From contig NC_045698.1 in the NCBI RefSeq assembly GCF_009834535.1, forward strand, positions 5,086,001-5,150,000: a stretch of DNA of 64,000 nt, read 5' to 3'. Below are positions 1-12,626 of this stretch, piece by piece. The translations under genes and the position numbers were made by a program. The stretch comes from Camelus ferus. Lineage: Eukaryota. Below the pieces are notes generated by a model. That model ran no database searches. It saw nothing but the letters and a program-made list of their open reading frames with translations, and had not been told where the DNA came from. The number at the start of each line of letters is the position of its first letter. The stretch's first letter is position 1.

Positions 1-599
1 GATGTTTCACTGTTTTAGTTCACTTTATTTTCAGCTACTCTACTTGCTTGAAACCCATCTAGCTCCTGAGACAGCAGCCCCACGGGGTGAGCCGTTGTGG
101 CTTCATTCAACTTCCTGTCCACTGGGACCGGAGTGATGGAGGAGGAGACCTTGTAATTCAAGGGCTGAGGGCCTTCTGCTGTTTCAGTTACTGAGCCTTA
201 AGAAAAACACATGATGCAGACACGGGGCTAGGAAAGAATGCAGTTTATAAGCTTATACAATCTTTAATGAATACTCTACTGTTTTTTCCTTGACACCCTT
301 ATAAAAGATTCTGTGTAGTGGAGGCATCCATATGAAAAGCTGTTGGGAGTTAGGAGTTCAAAAGGCAGAGGCAGAATAAATGATTGGCTGTTCTTTTTCT
401 AGAAGAGCCCCCAGTTCTTCCGGGGGCTCAGGCTTTGCAGTGGTCAGGGCTACTAGCCTCATGAGCCGTGGCTGGCTGTCTTCAGCTGTTGGCCACCTGG
501 GAACCTGGCCCCTCCACCCAGGTGGGGAGACATGCTTGAAGCTGGAGGTTGTCCTCTGGTGTGTGGGCTGGACCTGGGGTTGTCCCATCCGGTGAGCAG

Positions 600-849
600 G
601 CCAGGACGCCAGCCCCCTAAGGTCACGTTAGGGCTGAGGGGCCTTTGTCTGCCCCTTCCTCCCTAAAAGTATATTCACGATTATAGTTTACACTGTGTTA
701 GCATGAAGATGCCTGTAACCTTTGAGTCTAAAATCTTGGGTTTTTGTTGTTCTGATTTTGAAAGAGATGAAAACACTTTTGTGGGCCCCTAAAAATAGTG
801 TGGGACTCAGGCACGGTGTCCACTGTGCCTAGAGGGAAGGTCACCCTGC
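600..849. mobile_element. Old hAT-Tip100-type non-autonomous DNA transposon (ORSL-like)
   Basis: gtgggcccctaaaaatagtgtggg...ggcacggtgtccactgtgcctag...accctg resembles a recalled hAT MITE consensus ending in CCCTG. Family name is uncertain. Confidence 0.4.
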
Positions 850-1699
850 AGCCCGACCAGGCACTTCTCAGTGATCGAGACTGTGATATAAAAAAAAAAA
901 AAGTGAGAGGCTCCAATATTTAGAACCAAACCCACATAGGGTCTCATTATAGAACGTGCCCAGCACGGCAGCACATTGGGTCTCTGTCTTGTTGACAGCT
1001 GGGCCTTCTAAGGGAGACGTACAGGGAGACCTCCTGCGGGCGGCTTGCTTTCCCCTTTCCTGGAGGAACTCGCAGGCGCTGTCTTCCGTTCCTTTAGCCA
1101 CGAGTTTTCACTTGACGGTCAGGCCCATTTTCACACCATTTTCAACCTTTCTGGGGAAATCAGAGCCAGTGAGGTCAGTGATTGTTTCTCTCCTGTTGGG
1201 TTAATGAAATAAGTGAAAAGTCACACTAGGAAGGCAGCTGTCCTGGTTATTTCCTGGTTAGCTTTCTGTCCGCAGCTCAGTTAAGTTAAGTTCATTTGGG
1301 GAGGCTTAAAATAAAATCAGCTTTCAGGGCTCCACGTGTGTAGAGATCGTGGTCTCAAATTTGACATCTTCAGAAGACACACTGTCGTGTCCCTGCGGAC
1401 CTTGGTTTGTGGATGTGGAGCCCGTGTGATGGGGAGGGCCGCAGCCTGGGGGGATCTGGTCCCCTTTTGCAGGGACTGGGACAGGTGTCCGAGGGTCAGA
1501 GTGCATCAAGGCACCTCATCCTGGACAGAAATAGCAGTGGACGGGGGATGAGGACATCATGTTTGATCCTCTTATCTTCTGGCTGCTCTGAAAACAGACC
1601 CTTCCTGCGCTCCGGGACTGGCCCCACGTGGGGTAGCCGCTGTCTCTGCACAAGCAGAGGGTGGAGCACGCGGTGTTGGCAGCACCAACTCCCCCATCC

Positions 1700-1880
1700 G
1701 ATCGGATCCTGGGCTGGAGTCCTGGTCCTCTTCCCATCAGCTCCACAACCTCAGGAACTCCTTTCCATTCCCCGTGCCTCTGTTTTCTCACCTGTAGAGT
1801 AGTGTGAACACCGGTAACCCCCGCAGGGTTGTTGTAAGTGTTCAAGAGCATGATACACTTGAGTGCTCAGCACAGGAATA
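1700..1880 (+). mobile_element. MIR SINE relic
   Basis: MIR core-like gtgcctctgttttctcacctgtag ... cagggttgttgtaag ... gtgctcagcacag. Confidence 0.6.
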
Positions 1881-3075
1881 TGTATATGGTAGTGTTTGCT
1901 GTGGTTGGTGCTGCTCTTTTCCCCCAGGTACCACGTGACATAAAATTGTGGGAGAGAAGGAGGTGAAGGCACTGAGGGTGCCTGGTCTTTCTCCTTGTTA
2001 TCCTGGGGTCCCTGTGGCTGCTTGGCTGATCTGCTTTGCTCCCCCTCTCCGTGTGGTTGGTGGCCTGATATATGAATGGGACCATCCCCAGTGTGAACTG
2101 GGAGCTGCTCATTGCACAGAGTAAATCCTGTACCATCGAGAAGGTGAGGGCTCCCCCGGGCTCTGGTATTTGAAAAAGCGGCCCCATAAGTCCCCAGTGT
2201 TGCTATAACTTTAAATATTCTAAAACCTCAGTTGAAGTTCTTAGGGTCCCAGCCAGATGGGTTTTTTGATTGAAACTCCTTTGGATGTTTCACTAACTCA
2301 ACATATTGGGTGATGATTGAAGATCTGAAACTGGGTTCCATCCCGTAGCGCATGATGTTCAGAGCAAGATTTCAGCATCATGTTTGGAGAGGCTGAAGCC
2401 TAAAGCCAGGCTTGTGTAATCAGAGGAGGCATGATGTCCATTACATTGTGTGAAATTGTGCAGAATCGTAATAGTGTGTCTTTTGGGAGGAGTGTGGCTA
2501 GACAGAGAGAAATAGAAAAGCAGCGTTAGTGTGCAAATGTGGATTTTAAAAAAATGCATTAGTAAGAGGCCAGTAATAAATGCCCATTTTCTTTTCACTG
2601 CTGGAGCCCAGGAGAGGTGGGAAGGAAACCAGCAAAATGGCACATTCTTCCAAGTATCTCCTGCTCCCTCGTCTTCTCTATTTAGTCCTTTCCGACCCCT
2701 TTCTATTAACCTATGATCCTGTTAAAACATTAATTGCCATGCATTAAAATGAAAGCTCCTCACTTTAGTGACTGAGATAGTTTTTAGGTTTTTAAAAATA
2801 AAGTATTTTGGATCCATTTGGAAGACTTAATTCTCTAAGCTTGGGCATCTCTGGTCCTCTGGTTCAGGCGGTGAAGTTGGTTGTCTTGGTTTATCCTTGT
2901 ATTATGTGCTCTTGTGTCCACTTTTGAATAAAATCCATTTCTCCATTTATCAGAGAAAATTAAAATTTGATGGCATAGCTGTTTTTCATAATTTAAATAT
3001 CCAGTACTGGGCTATTTATATAGAAAAAAATGGTTAATAAGAAACACATTTTCAGAAGTTCAAACTGTTCTACTT

Positions 3076-3842
3076 TTTTAATCGAAGTATACTTGATTTA
3101 TAATGTTGTGTTAGTTTCAGGTGTACAGTGAAGTGATTCGGTTATATATATATTCTTTTTGAGATTCTTTTTCATTATAGGTTATTACAAGATATTGAAT
3201 ATAGTTCCCTGTGCTATACAGTAGGTCCTTGCTATTTATCTATTTTATATGTAGTGGTGTGTATCTGTTAATCCCAGACTCCTAATTTATCCCTCCCCCA
3301 TCACTTTCCCCATTGGTAACCATAAGTCTGCTTTCTATGTCTGTGAGTCTATTTCTGTCTTGTAAATAAGTTCATTTATATCATTTTTAGATTCCACATA
3401 CAAGTGATATAATATGGTATTTGTCCTTCTCTGATTTACTTCGCTAAGATAATCTCTAGGTCTGCAAATGGCATTATTTCATTTTTTATGGCTGAGTAAT
3501 ATTCCATTGTGAATGGAATATTCTTTATCCAGTCATCTGTTGGTGGACATTTAGGTTGTTTCCATGTCTTGGTTATTGTAAATAGTGCTGCTATGACCAC
3601 TGAGGTGCATGTATCTTTTCAAATTAGTGTTTTCTCTGGATATATGCCCAGGAGTGGGATTGCTGGATCATATGGTAACTCTATTTTTAGTTTTTAAAGG
3701 AATTTCCATACTGTTTTCCACAGTAGCTGCACCAAACTACATTCCCACCAACAGTGTAGGAGGGTTCCGTTTTCTCCACACCCTTTCCAGCAATGATTAT
3801 TTGTAGACTTTTTAATGATGGCCATTCTGAGTGGTGTGAGGT
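3076..3842 (-). mobile_element. 5'-truncated L1 (3' UTR plus ORF2 C-terminus), antisense to ADCY2
   Basis: T-tract then gaagtatacttgatttataatgttg (L1 3' end). Minus-strand ORF contains [45 protein letters not shown]. Probable degenerate TSD caaactgttctactt (3061-3075) / cagaatgttctgctt (3843-3857). Confidence 0.93.
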
Positions 3843-3982
3843 CAGAATGTTCTGCTTCTGAAATAACTTGTAAAACCTGATACATTTTGATGCTGATTAA
3901 TGTTGATAACATTTTGATAACAAATCATTGGTATCATGGTCTTTCTAAATTATACCTTTGCAATACTTTTTTCTCTCCTTAG

Positions 3983-4180
3983 GAAGTTGAAGACCATGTG
4001 GCATTTTTAATAACAGTTCCAACTGCCCTGGCAATTTTCTTTGCGATATTCATCCTCGTCTGCATCGAGTCAGTGTTTAAGAAGCTGCTCCGGCTTTTCT
4101 CGTTGGTGATATGGATTTGTCTTGTGGCCATGGGGTACTTGTTCATGTGTTTCGGAGGCACCGTCTCTCCCTGGGACCAG
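3983..4180 (+). CDS. ADCY2: Internal coding exon (exon 2) of adenylate cyclase type 2, encoding part of the first transmembrane cluster (M1)
   Basis: Polypyrimidine tract plus AG acceptor (ttttttctctccttag, ending 3982) and a CAG|GTAAGG donor at 4180/4181. The 198 nt give 66 codons, phase 0/0, translating EVEDHVAFLITVPTALAIFFAIFILVCIESVFKKLLRLFSLVIWICLVAMGYLFMCFGGTVSPWDQ, which matches my recollection of mammalian ADCY2 residues ~71-136. Confidence 0.97.
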
Positions 4181-6914
4181 GTAAGGTGTTCAGATGCTTT
4201 TTATGTTTTTTTCTGATTTGCGACATAACTAAGTTCTGTCAACTTGGTCCTAAACTGTAAAGAGCAGACCTACAGCTGAGAAGAGTCTCGTGTCATAGCC
4301 TCTTAGCGGTGCCCCCACGGTGATGCCACTCGGTGCCCGCTTTGACTCGTCAGACCTGCTGGAAGTCAGGGCGCTGCCAGGCTCACCTCGTCCCTTGTGT
4401 CACGGCTCAGTCTGTGTTTCCTCCCGCACCTCGTTTTGGAAGCTCCATTCTCCTCCAGTCCCTGAGTTTCCCATTATTCTGGAATCCTGCTGGGGTTGGA
4501 GCCTGACTTTGTGCCTCTAACTCTCAAAGTCTGGTTGCTCTTGAACTATTTCTTAGATCCTGGATCTTCCTTCTTCCAGACAGACTTCTGCGATGCTGAT
4601 TCTGTGTCAGCGTGGTTACGTCGTATCGATAGGCAAACCCACGGTTCTTCATGTTGAACCTGGGGGGGCTCTTGGCTTAGAAAAGGGCTGCATCTGGAGG
4701 ATGTGAGATCTTTCAGAGAGTGTGGTCTTTCCGAGAGTGTGGCTTTCCCCCTTGCGTTGCTGCCGCGTGTGCGAATCCTGCTGACTGCTGGGTAAAATGG
4801 CGCATTGTCCAGGGCACAGCTCTGGGCTGCAGATAGAGATAAACAAGTTACTAGTTTCAAGCTTGTAATTGAAGCCCTGAGGTTCCTGGCCATCCAGGGA
4901 GACAGTAACCTGAGCACCGAGAAGGCTGGCCCTGGGTTGGCGGGGACTCAGGAACCTGAGTAGGAGAGGCACAGGGACCTCAGAGGGATGCAGGAGTCAT
5001 TAGGGGACAAGTACTAGGGAGGGCAAATTATTGTGGAGGCCATGGGAGAAGAGAGATTCGAGATGGGAAGGCATAAAAGGGTTCGAGTGCCAGGGCAAGG
5101 GACAAAGCACTACTGCTGTGCCTGAGCTGGAGAGGGCCCTGGGTGAGCCCAAGGGTGAGGTTTCCAGCACGTTCTGTCTCGTGACCTCGGCCAAGCCATC
5201 ATCCTCTTTTGGATCTTGGTTTCTTCTGCAAAGGGAGAGGCTGGACTGAGTGAACTCAGTTGGTCTCTCTGGCCCTAAAGGATGCTATGTTAGTGGACAG
5301 CTCCCTGGAGAGCCCCCAGTGCTCACAGAAGCTCCCCTGGCCTGTCTCCTCCTGAATCCCCCATTCAGGCCCCTTGTGGGTCTGGGGACGCCATGCTCTG
5401 GCCGGCTCCTTCCCTGGCTCTGCGCCCATCTCCCTTCTTCACGTGCCCTGGCCTCACCTGGCTCCCATGACACACGCGTCCGTGGTCCCTCCACCTTCAC
5501 GCCAGTGCATGTGGAGCAGAAACAGGAACCTGGTTAAGAGCATCCTTGCTGGTCTGTGACATGGACCCAGGGGTCTCTCCTAGCACCAAGGCCACCTGGT
5601 TCTAGTGACGAAGCTTTATAAGCAGCCTCACTATCACCCAGGGCAGGTATCCCTTTCTTGTTCTTCTGTCTTCCTTTGTCCAGATTCCTCTGAGCTTGCC
5701 TTTCCATCCGAATTACAGAATCTGTCCTGTTCGGTAAAAATGCCAGTGTTACCCTCAGTAACCTCACTAAGCCCCTTCTCAGAGCATCCTTTCCAGATGG
5801 CCAGGCGCTCCACGGGGCGATACCCCACCTTTCTTGTTTTCCTGTAGCACTTACAATGGTCTGCAGCGCCGCAGAGCGTGTCACGCACCCTTCTCTTTGT
5901 TGGTCGGCTGTCTTCCCTGCTGGAATATAACCCCCTTCTGGGCAGGATGTGAGTGCCTCTCGGTCCACTGCTGCGTCTTCACACCTCCGAGAGTTCTCCA
6001 CCAGCAGCAGGCACCTGGCGCTCTCACGGGTGGATGGCTGTATTTTTTCATTTCCAGATTTGTTGTTGAACGTGTGTGTGTGTGTGTGTCCACTTGCTCT
6101 ATTTTTATCTATCTTTGGGTTTTATAACGTACACTTTGGCTTTATTGCTGCTATCTGCCTGCTTGTAAAAATCTCTCTCAGCATCTTAAACACATTTATT
6201 TCAGAGTTAGTTTACTTCCGTTTTCTCCAGATCGATTTCTCAGGTGCTCTCGGTTGGCTGCGTGTCTTGGTGTGTGTTATCCGTGTGCACTTTGACACTG
6301 TTGTTTCCAGCCTCGTGTTGAATTGGGATTTTTTCACCTCCACCCCTGCATGATGGGTGCCTTTGTCACGCTGCCAGGGCCCAGAACGAGCTTGTGGGTG
6401 GAGCCTCGGCCCTGTTGACCTTGCGGGCGGGGTGGCCAGACCCGCTGGTGACCTGGGCACACTTCCAGGAGCACAGCTGTGTGTGCTTGGTGGTCCGAGA
6501 AGCCCACAGCCAGGTTCGGTGGGTGCAGCTATTTTGGGGCACTTTCTAAACTGGGGGCGGGTGCAGGGTGTCTGCCTCATGCTGTGGGTCTGCTCACACC
6601 TCTGGCCGGAAGAGGACCACTTTGGGTCTCATTCCCCCACTGGAGTTTGAAATCCTGCCCAATGTTCCTGGCTACTCCTGCCCCTCTCAGCAGGTATGGG
6701 GACTTCAGAGGAATTTGTTCTGCCATATTAACCAAAAGTTTACTACCTGGTGCCTTTTGGCATTAACAGTACAGGTGGAGGCCCCTTCATGAATGCTCAC
6801 CTTCAAGAAGGTGCAGTAGGTTTACTGAGCTCAAGGGAAGGTGCTCAAGGAAAAGCTTCCATTAGAAGATGCTTCAGTTAACAGTGCTGGCAGAAGATGC
6901 ACGGATGGGGAAAC

Positions 6915-7478
6915 ATTCCCCACAGGGTCACCCTCACTGCTGACTCCGAGGGCAGGTTTGGGGTTCCCAGGACCACTGTGAGGTTCAGTAACTTGCTGGA
7001 AGGACCCACGGAACTCTTTGAAAGCTGTAAGACTCATGGTTATGGTTTCTTACAAAGCACGAATACAGATTAACATCAGCCAAGGGGCGTGTTCACAACA
7101 AGTACCCAGTGTGGAACCTCCAGTGTCCCCTCCCGGTGGAGTCACGGCCAGCCCTGCTCTCCTGGCGCGATGCACCGGGTCCACCGCCTGCCTGGGAAGG
7201 TCAGCAGAGCCACCTGTGCCCACAGTGTGGATGGGGACTCAGCCCTGGGCTGCCTGCACGGCTGACTGTTGGTCCCAGCCTCTCTGTAGACAGAGCTGCT
7301 GCTGCGTGGCCCTGAGCACTTTCATAAATCACCTTGCGGCTGTCTGCTGGCCAGAGCCCCCAGGCAAACAAAGAAAGCCCCAGCAGGCCGGGCTTTCCCG
7401 GAGCCCCGAGATCCCCCACCCAGAGCCCCAGGCAAAGGTCAGACCTCGCTTTGGGTAAGGTGAGTTCATCACCGCACA
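6915..7478. mobile_element. ERVL-class solo LTR, MER21C-like
   Basis: gggttcccaggaccactgtgaggttcagtaacttgctggaaggacccacggaactc...ggcaaaggtcagacctcgctttgggtaaggt...caca matches the recalled MER21 consensus. Confidence 0.7.
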
Positions 7479-8571
7479 GGCGGACCGAGTGCGGGTCCAG
7501 CCATCAACACCTCCAGCACCCAACGGAGTCTGAGCCGCCAGCTTGGGCCTCGTCCCGACTCTGCTGCCCTGTTCTGAGTCTTCCACTCACAGCCTTCTGC
7601 AGCCCTTGCATGGCTCCCTGGGGTGGGCGCACTGGACCCAGGCTTCCTCGTGCCCAGACCTCCACACAGGATGGAGAGGTACCTTGCTCACGGCCAAGCT
7701 GCTGGAGACTGGAAGAGGAGATTTGAGCCCAGGAGTTCTGATGCCAGAGGCCAGTCTTATCCATGAGGCTGGTGGTTCTCAGCTGGGAGTCAGTTCACCC
7801 CCAGGGCCTTGTGTCCCTGTCTGGAAGCGTCTTTAATGCCACAGCCTGGCTGGGGTCACCCAGTGGGCGGACACCATAGAGGCCGCCCTGCATCCTACAT
7901 GCCCCCTGCAATGCCCAGGCCCACCGCACTACCAAGAGTTCTCCAGGCCTGAGTGTCCGGAGCGCCGAGTCTGAGAAACTCGGCGTTGCCACGTGCTGCC
8001 CCTCCGTGATGCCTTGTAGAGACCCCATTCTTCAGGCCTCCGTGAGTAGGGTCGTGGAGTTGCCAGGGCCCGACTTGAGTGGTGGTGCCGGTTTTGATGA
8101 GGCCAAAAGGAGTGATTTCGGAAAGTACTGGCAGGTTTGGAGATGGGTCATCAGTGTATTTGGAAGGGTTCCCTGAGGAAATTAGGAAAACAGAAAGAAA
8201 AAACTTCAGTGGGCTGGCCCTCCCGGCCTTGACTGCGTGTGCAGACCTCCCGTTGCTGGTGTTTTAATTCAGCACAAGCGAATGCGGCCTGAAACCCCCT
8301 GTCCCCGCCCTGTGCTGCCGGCCTCCCAACCCAGCTGTTGTGTGTCCCACACAGCTGCCTCCTGGATGGAAAGTATTTAAAAATGATATTCTGCTGACAG
8401 TTCCAAACACAGTGGGGTAGGTTGGGCGGTTAAGTGCAGGGTGTTGGGCTCCAGCCGTTACTGTAGCAGCGGCTGCGTTTTCCACGGAGGCTCGTCGCCT
8501 GCTTCTTGCTCCGACTGATTCGCTCAAACGCCGTCCACTTGTGCTGCGATCTTCGCATTGGGACCTTCCCA

Positions 8572-8865
8572 AGGTCCTTGTTGTGTATCTGTTTTACATA
8601 TAGTAATGTGTGTCTGTTAATCCCAAACTCCAGTTATATTCAGTTCCTTATAATAACATCTCATGGAAAATAATCTGAAAAAAAATCTGTGTATGTATAT
8701 GTACCTGTAACTGAATCGCTTTGCTGTGCACCTGAAACATTGTAGATCAACTACATTTCAATAAAAATATAGATACATACTAGATTTTCAACAACAAAGC
8801 ATTTTTTTGGAGTTCTCCAACATGATGATGCACAATAAATTATGATATTCATTCTAAAAAAAAAA
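8572..8865 (+). mobile_element. Very short 5'-inverted L1 3' end with an extended tail
   Basis: 8572-8631 is antisense L1 3' UTR (aggtccttgttg...tcccaaactcc). 8632-8770 is the adjacent downstream 3' UTR in sense (...ctacatttcaataaaaa). About 90 extra nt follow, including AATAAA (8834-8839) and ending in A10 (8856-8865). Confidence 0.8.
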
Positions 8866-9159
8866 TGACTCAGAGGCAAAGTGAGGGGCTGCATTTTCTT
8901 ATTTTTCGGAATGGTTTAAAAATGCTTGAACCATTTTGACCTCAGTTAATAGAGAGGACACTAGGCTTTTTGTTTCCTCTACTCTGATAGGTTAAGGAAA
9001 TGGGATAATTTTTATTTTATTTCTTTTTAAAGAAATTGGTGCCGGTGTGTGGAGCCCGTCTTCCCTTAGTCTGCACATGCCTGGTGTAGTCACACGACGC
9101 AGCGTTGATGCCTCTCTGAGAGCCTCTAGAAGGCTGGGACCTCCTGATAGGTGAGTCCT

Positions 9160-9498
9160 ATGGAAAGAGGCTTGATCGAGGTTGACACTAGTAAGTGTCT
9201 TGTAGCGCTGGAGCCAGAAGTCTGGAATCAAGGTGTAGGCACCCCAGGGGAGGAGCCTTCACTGCCTCTTCCAGCTTCCTGTGGTCCAGTGTCTGCCTCC
9301 GTCATCACAGGGCAGTCTTTTTCTGTCTGTCTCTTCTCCTTTTGTAAGGACCCCCATCATTCTGGACTTAGGGCACCCTAATATCTCTCCTTGACCACAT
9401 TTGCAAAGACCCTGCTTCCAGAGGAGGTCGCATTCACAGGTAATAGGGGCTAGGATTTGAACATATCTTTCAGAGGGAACACAGTTCAACTCATAACA
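9160..9498 (-). mobile_element. MaLR solo LTR (MLT1C/D-like)
   Basis: ctggagccagaagtctggaatcaaggtg...acatttgcaaagaccctgcttcca...attcacagg...cacagttcaactcataaca. Confidence 0.8.
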
Positions 9499-9579
9499 GA
9501 TACCATTTCACAGCAAGACACCGTGTTCCCTAAGAGGATGCTCTCCTGTTGCAGGCAGCCAGTCCCGCCTTGTGGCATA

Positions 9580-9700
9580 TTCTTCTCTTTTCTCCTTTCT
9601 TTCCTTTTTTTTTCTTTTCCTTCCCTTCCCCCTTTTCTCTCTTTCTTTCTTTTTCTCTTTATTTTCCTTCCTTTTCTCTTTTTTTTTCTTTCTTTCTTTC
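9580..9700. repeat. Polypyrimidine (T/C) low-complexity tract
   Basis: About 120 nt almost entirely T/C, with (TTTC)n/(TTCC)n units. Confidence 0.9.
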
Positions 9701-9711
9701 TGTTATTACTA

Positions 9712-9842
9712 TTTTTAATTGAAGTATAGTCGGTTTACAACGTTGTGTCAGTTTCTGGTGTGCAGCATAGTGATTCAGTTGTACATACACACATATACCT
9801 GTTCCCATTCTTTTTCATTCCAGGTTACTACAAGATGTTGAT
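9712..9842 (-). mobile_element. Short L1 3'-terminal fragment
   Basis: tttttaattgaagtatagtcggtttacaacgttgtgtcagtttctggtgtgcagcatagtgattcag is the same 3' end as the other young L1 copies in the window. Confidence 0.85.
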
Positions 9843-10465
9843 GTTGTTTTACTATCCACTCCCCCCCTCTGGGATTTTTGATAGCTGCTCTTGACCTTCA
9901 CTTAAACTGAAGTTCCCCCTTGGAATTAAATGTATGTCACAGAGGTTTTTGCTGCGTTTTCAAACCACTGTCTAGGAATTAGAAACTTTGTGCGTGAATA
10001 GCTTGCTGAAATAAAGCCACACTCGTGAATATAGAGGGAAAACAACACCCTGATGATGGATCACATTGCCGTGTAGACAGATGGTGGTGGTCAAGGCATG
10101 TCTGCGTGCTTGGTCGGGCCACCTCTGCCTGTCTGATTAGTGAAAGTGCTTTCTTGGGGTTTCTACCTGAGTGACGTGGTCAAGTTTTTCTTGTCTGTTA
10201 CGTTTTTGCGACATCTTTGGTTCACTTAGTGAAGCCTAAACGTTTAGGCGTTGCTTTAATTTATGAACTTTCTAACAAGACAAATGCCTTCCATCTCAGC
10301 TGAAAACCACTGACTCAGGAGCCTCCCTGTGAGATGACAACACCTTTCAGAAGGTGGCGGGGCGGGGGGGCCAGAGGGGCTGGAGGACGGGGCAGGGGAA
10401 CGTAAGAAGGAGGGGCGGGGTGGGAGGGCAGGAGGCGGTCCCCTGTGATGGCTGATGTCGGACTG

Positions 10466-12626
10466 GTTTTTTTTTTTAACATTTTTTTTATTGAGTTATA
10501 GTCAGTTTACAATGTTGTGTCAAATTCTAGTGTAGAGCACAATTTTTCAGTTATACATGAACATACATATATTCATTGTCACATTTTTTTCCTCTATGAG
10601 CTACCGTAAGATCTTGTATATATTTCCCTGTGCTATACAGTATAATCTTGTTTATCTATTCTGCATTTTAAAGTCCCAGTCTGTCACTTCCCACACCCCA
10701 CCCCTTTGGTAACCACAAGTTTGTATTCTATGTCTATGAATCTGTTTCTGTTTTGTATTTATTTATTTATTTATTTTAGATTCCACATATGAGCAATCTC
10801 ATATGGTATTTTTCTTTCTCTTTCTGGCTTACTTCACTTAGAATGACATTCTCCAGGAGCATCCATGTTGCTGCAAACGGCGTTATGTTGTCGGTTTTTA
10901 TGGCTGAATAGTATTCCATTGTATAAGTATACCACCTCTTCTTTATCCAGTCATCCGTTGATAGACATTTACGCTGTCTCCATGTCTTTGCTATTGTAAA
11001 TAGAGCTGCCATGAACGTTGGGGTGCAGGTGTCTTTTTGAAGTAGGGTTCCTTCTGGATATATGCCCAGAAGTGGGATTCCTGGGTCACATGGTAAGTCT
11101 ATTCCTAGTCTTTTGAGGAATCTCCATACTGTTTTCCACAGTGGCTGCACCAAACTGCATTCCCACCAGCAGTGTAGGAGGGTTCCCTTTTCTCCACAGC
11201 CTCTCCAGCATTTGTCATTTGTGGACTTTTGAATGATGGCCATTCTGACTGGTGTGAGGTGATACCTCATTGTAGTTTTGATTTGCATTTCTCTGATAAT
11301 TAGTGATATTGAGCATTTTTTCATGTGTCTATTGATCATTTGTATGTCTTCCTTGGAGAATTGCTTGTTTAGGTCTTCTGCCCATTTTTGGATTGGATTG
11401 TTTGTTTTTTTTCTTATTGTGTCATATGAGCTGCTTATATATTCTGGAGATCAAGCCTTTGTTGGTTTCATCGTTTGCAAAAATTTTTTCCCATTCCATA
11501 GGTTGTCTTTTTGTTTTACTTATGGTTTCCTTTGCTGTGCAGAAGCTTGTAAGTTTAATTAGGTCCCATTTGTTTATTCTTATTTTTATTTCTATTGCTT
11601 GAGTAGACTGTTCTAGGAGAATATTTTTGAGATGTATGTGAGATAATGTTTTGCCTATATTTTCTACTAGGAGGTTTATTGTATCTTGTCTTATAAGTAT
11701 TTGATCCATTTTGAGTTGATTTTTGTGTATAGTGTAAGGGAGTGTTCTAGCTTCATTGCTTTGCATGCTGCTGTCCAGTTTTCCCAGCACCATTTGCTGA
11801 AGAGACTGCCTGCCCACTATCACCACTCCTATTCAACATAGTCTTAGAAGTCCTAGCCACAGAAATCAGGCAAGAGAGAGAAATAAAAGGGATCCAAATT
11901 GGAAAAGAGGTAAAAGTGTCACTATATGCAGATGACATGTTACTATATACAGACAACCCTAAAAGGTCCACACAAAAACTACTAGAGCTGATCGAAGAAT
12001 TCAGCAAGGTAGCAGGTTACAAGATTAACGCTGAAAAATCAGTTGCATTTCTTTACACTAATCAACAGAAGAAGAAAGTAAAGAAACAACCTCCTTTATA
12101 ATAGCACCCAAAGTAATAAAATACGTAGGAATAAATCTAACCAAGGAGGTGAAAGAATTATACACAGAAAACTATAAACCACTGATGAAGGAAGTTAAAG
12201 AAGACTTTAAAAAATGGAAAGGTATCCCAAACTCTTGGATTGGAAGAGTCAGTATTGTTAAAATGGTCACACTGCCTGAGGCAATCTACAGATTTAATGC
12301 AATCCCTATCAAATTACCCAGGACATATTTCACAGAACTAGAACTAATCGTAATAAAATTTATACGGAACCACAAAGACCTAGAATTGCCAAAGCATTAC
12401 TGAAGAGAAAGGAAGAGGCTGGAGGAATAACTCTCGCAGACTTCAGACAATACTACAGAGCTACAGTCATCAAGACAGCATGGTATTGGTTCAAAAACCG
12501 ACATATGGACCAACGGAACATAATAGAGAGCCCAGAAATGAACCCATAAACTTTTGGTCAACCGATCTTCGACAAAGGAGGCAAGAATATACAATGGAAT
12601 AAAGGCAGTCACTGCAGCAAATGGTG
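10466..12626 (-). mobile_element. Young L1 with 5' inversion: 10466-11810 antisense (poly-T, 3' UTR, ORF2 C-terminus) and 11811-12626 sense (ORF2 RT region)
   Basis: Minus ORF 10776-11339 is an open ORF2 C-terminus (HCWWEC...[10 protein letters not shown]). The plus segment encodes [16 protein letters not shown]...[10 protein letters not shown] (RT YADD motif). TSD tg(a/g)tgtcggactg at 10453-10465 and 12622-12634. Confidence 0.97.

Noticed and set aside
3998..4216. 72-aa ORF as a stand-alone membrane protein
   Set aside because: It is the ADCY2 exon read from an internal GTG through the donor into the intron.
4546..8572. Dense ORFs of 100-155 aa in the GC-rich region
   Set aside because: High GC lowers stop-codon frequency. 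The peptides are Pro/Gly/Ser/Arg-rich without recognisable homology, and part of the region is an LTR.
10776..12403. Reverse-transcriptase-like ORFs as a novel RT system
   Set aside because: They are ordinary L1 ORF2 fragments of a truncated, inverted and frameshifted insertion.
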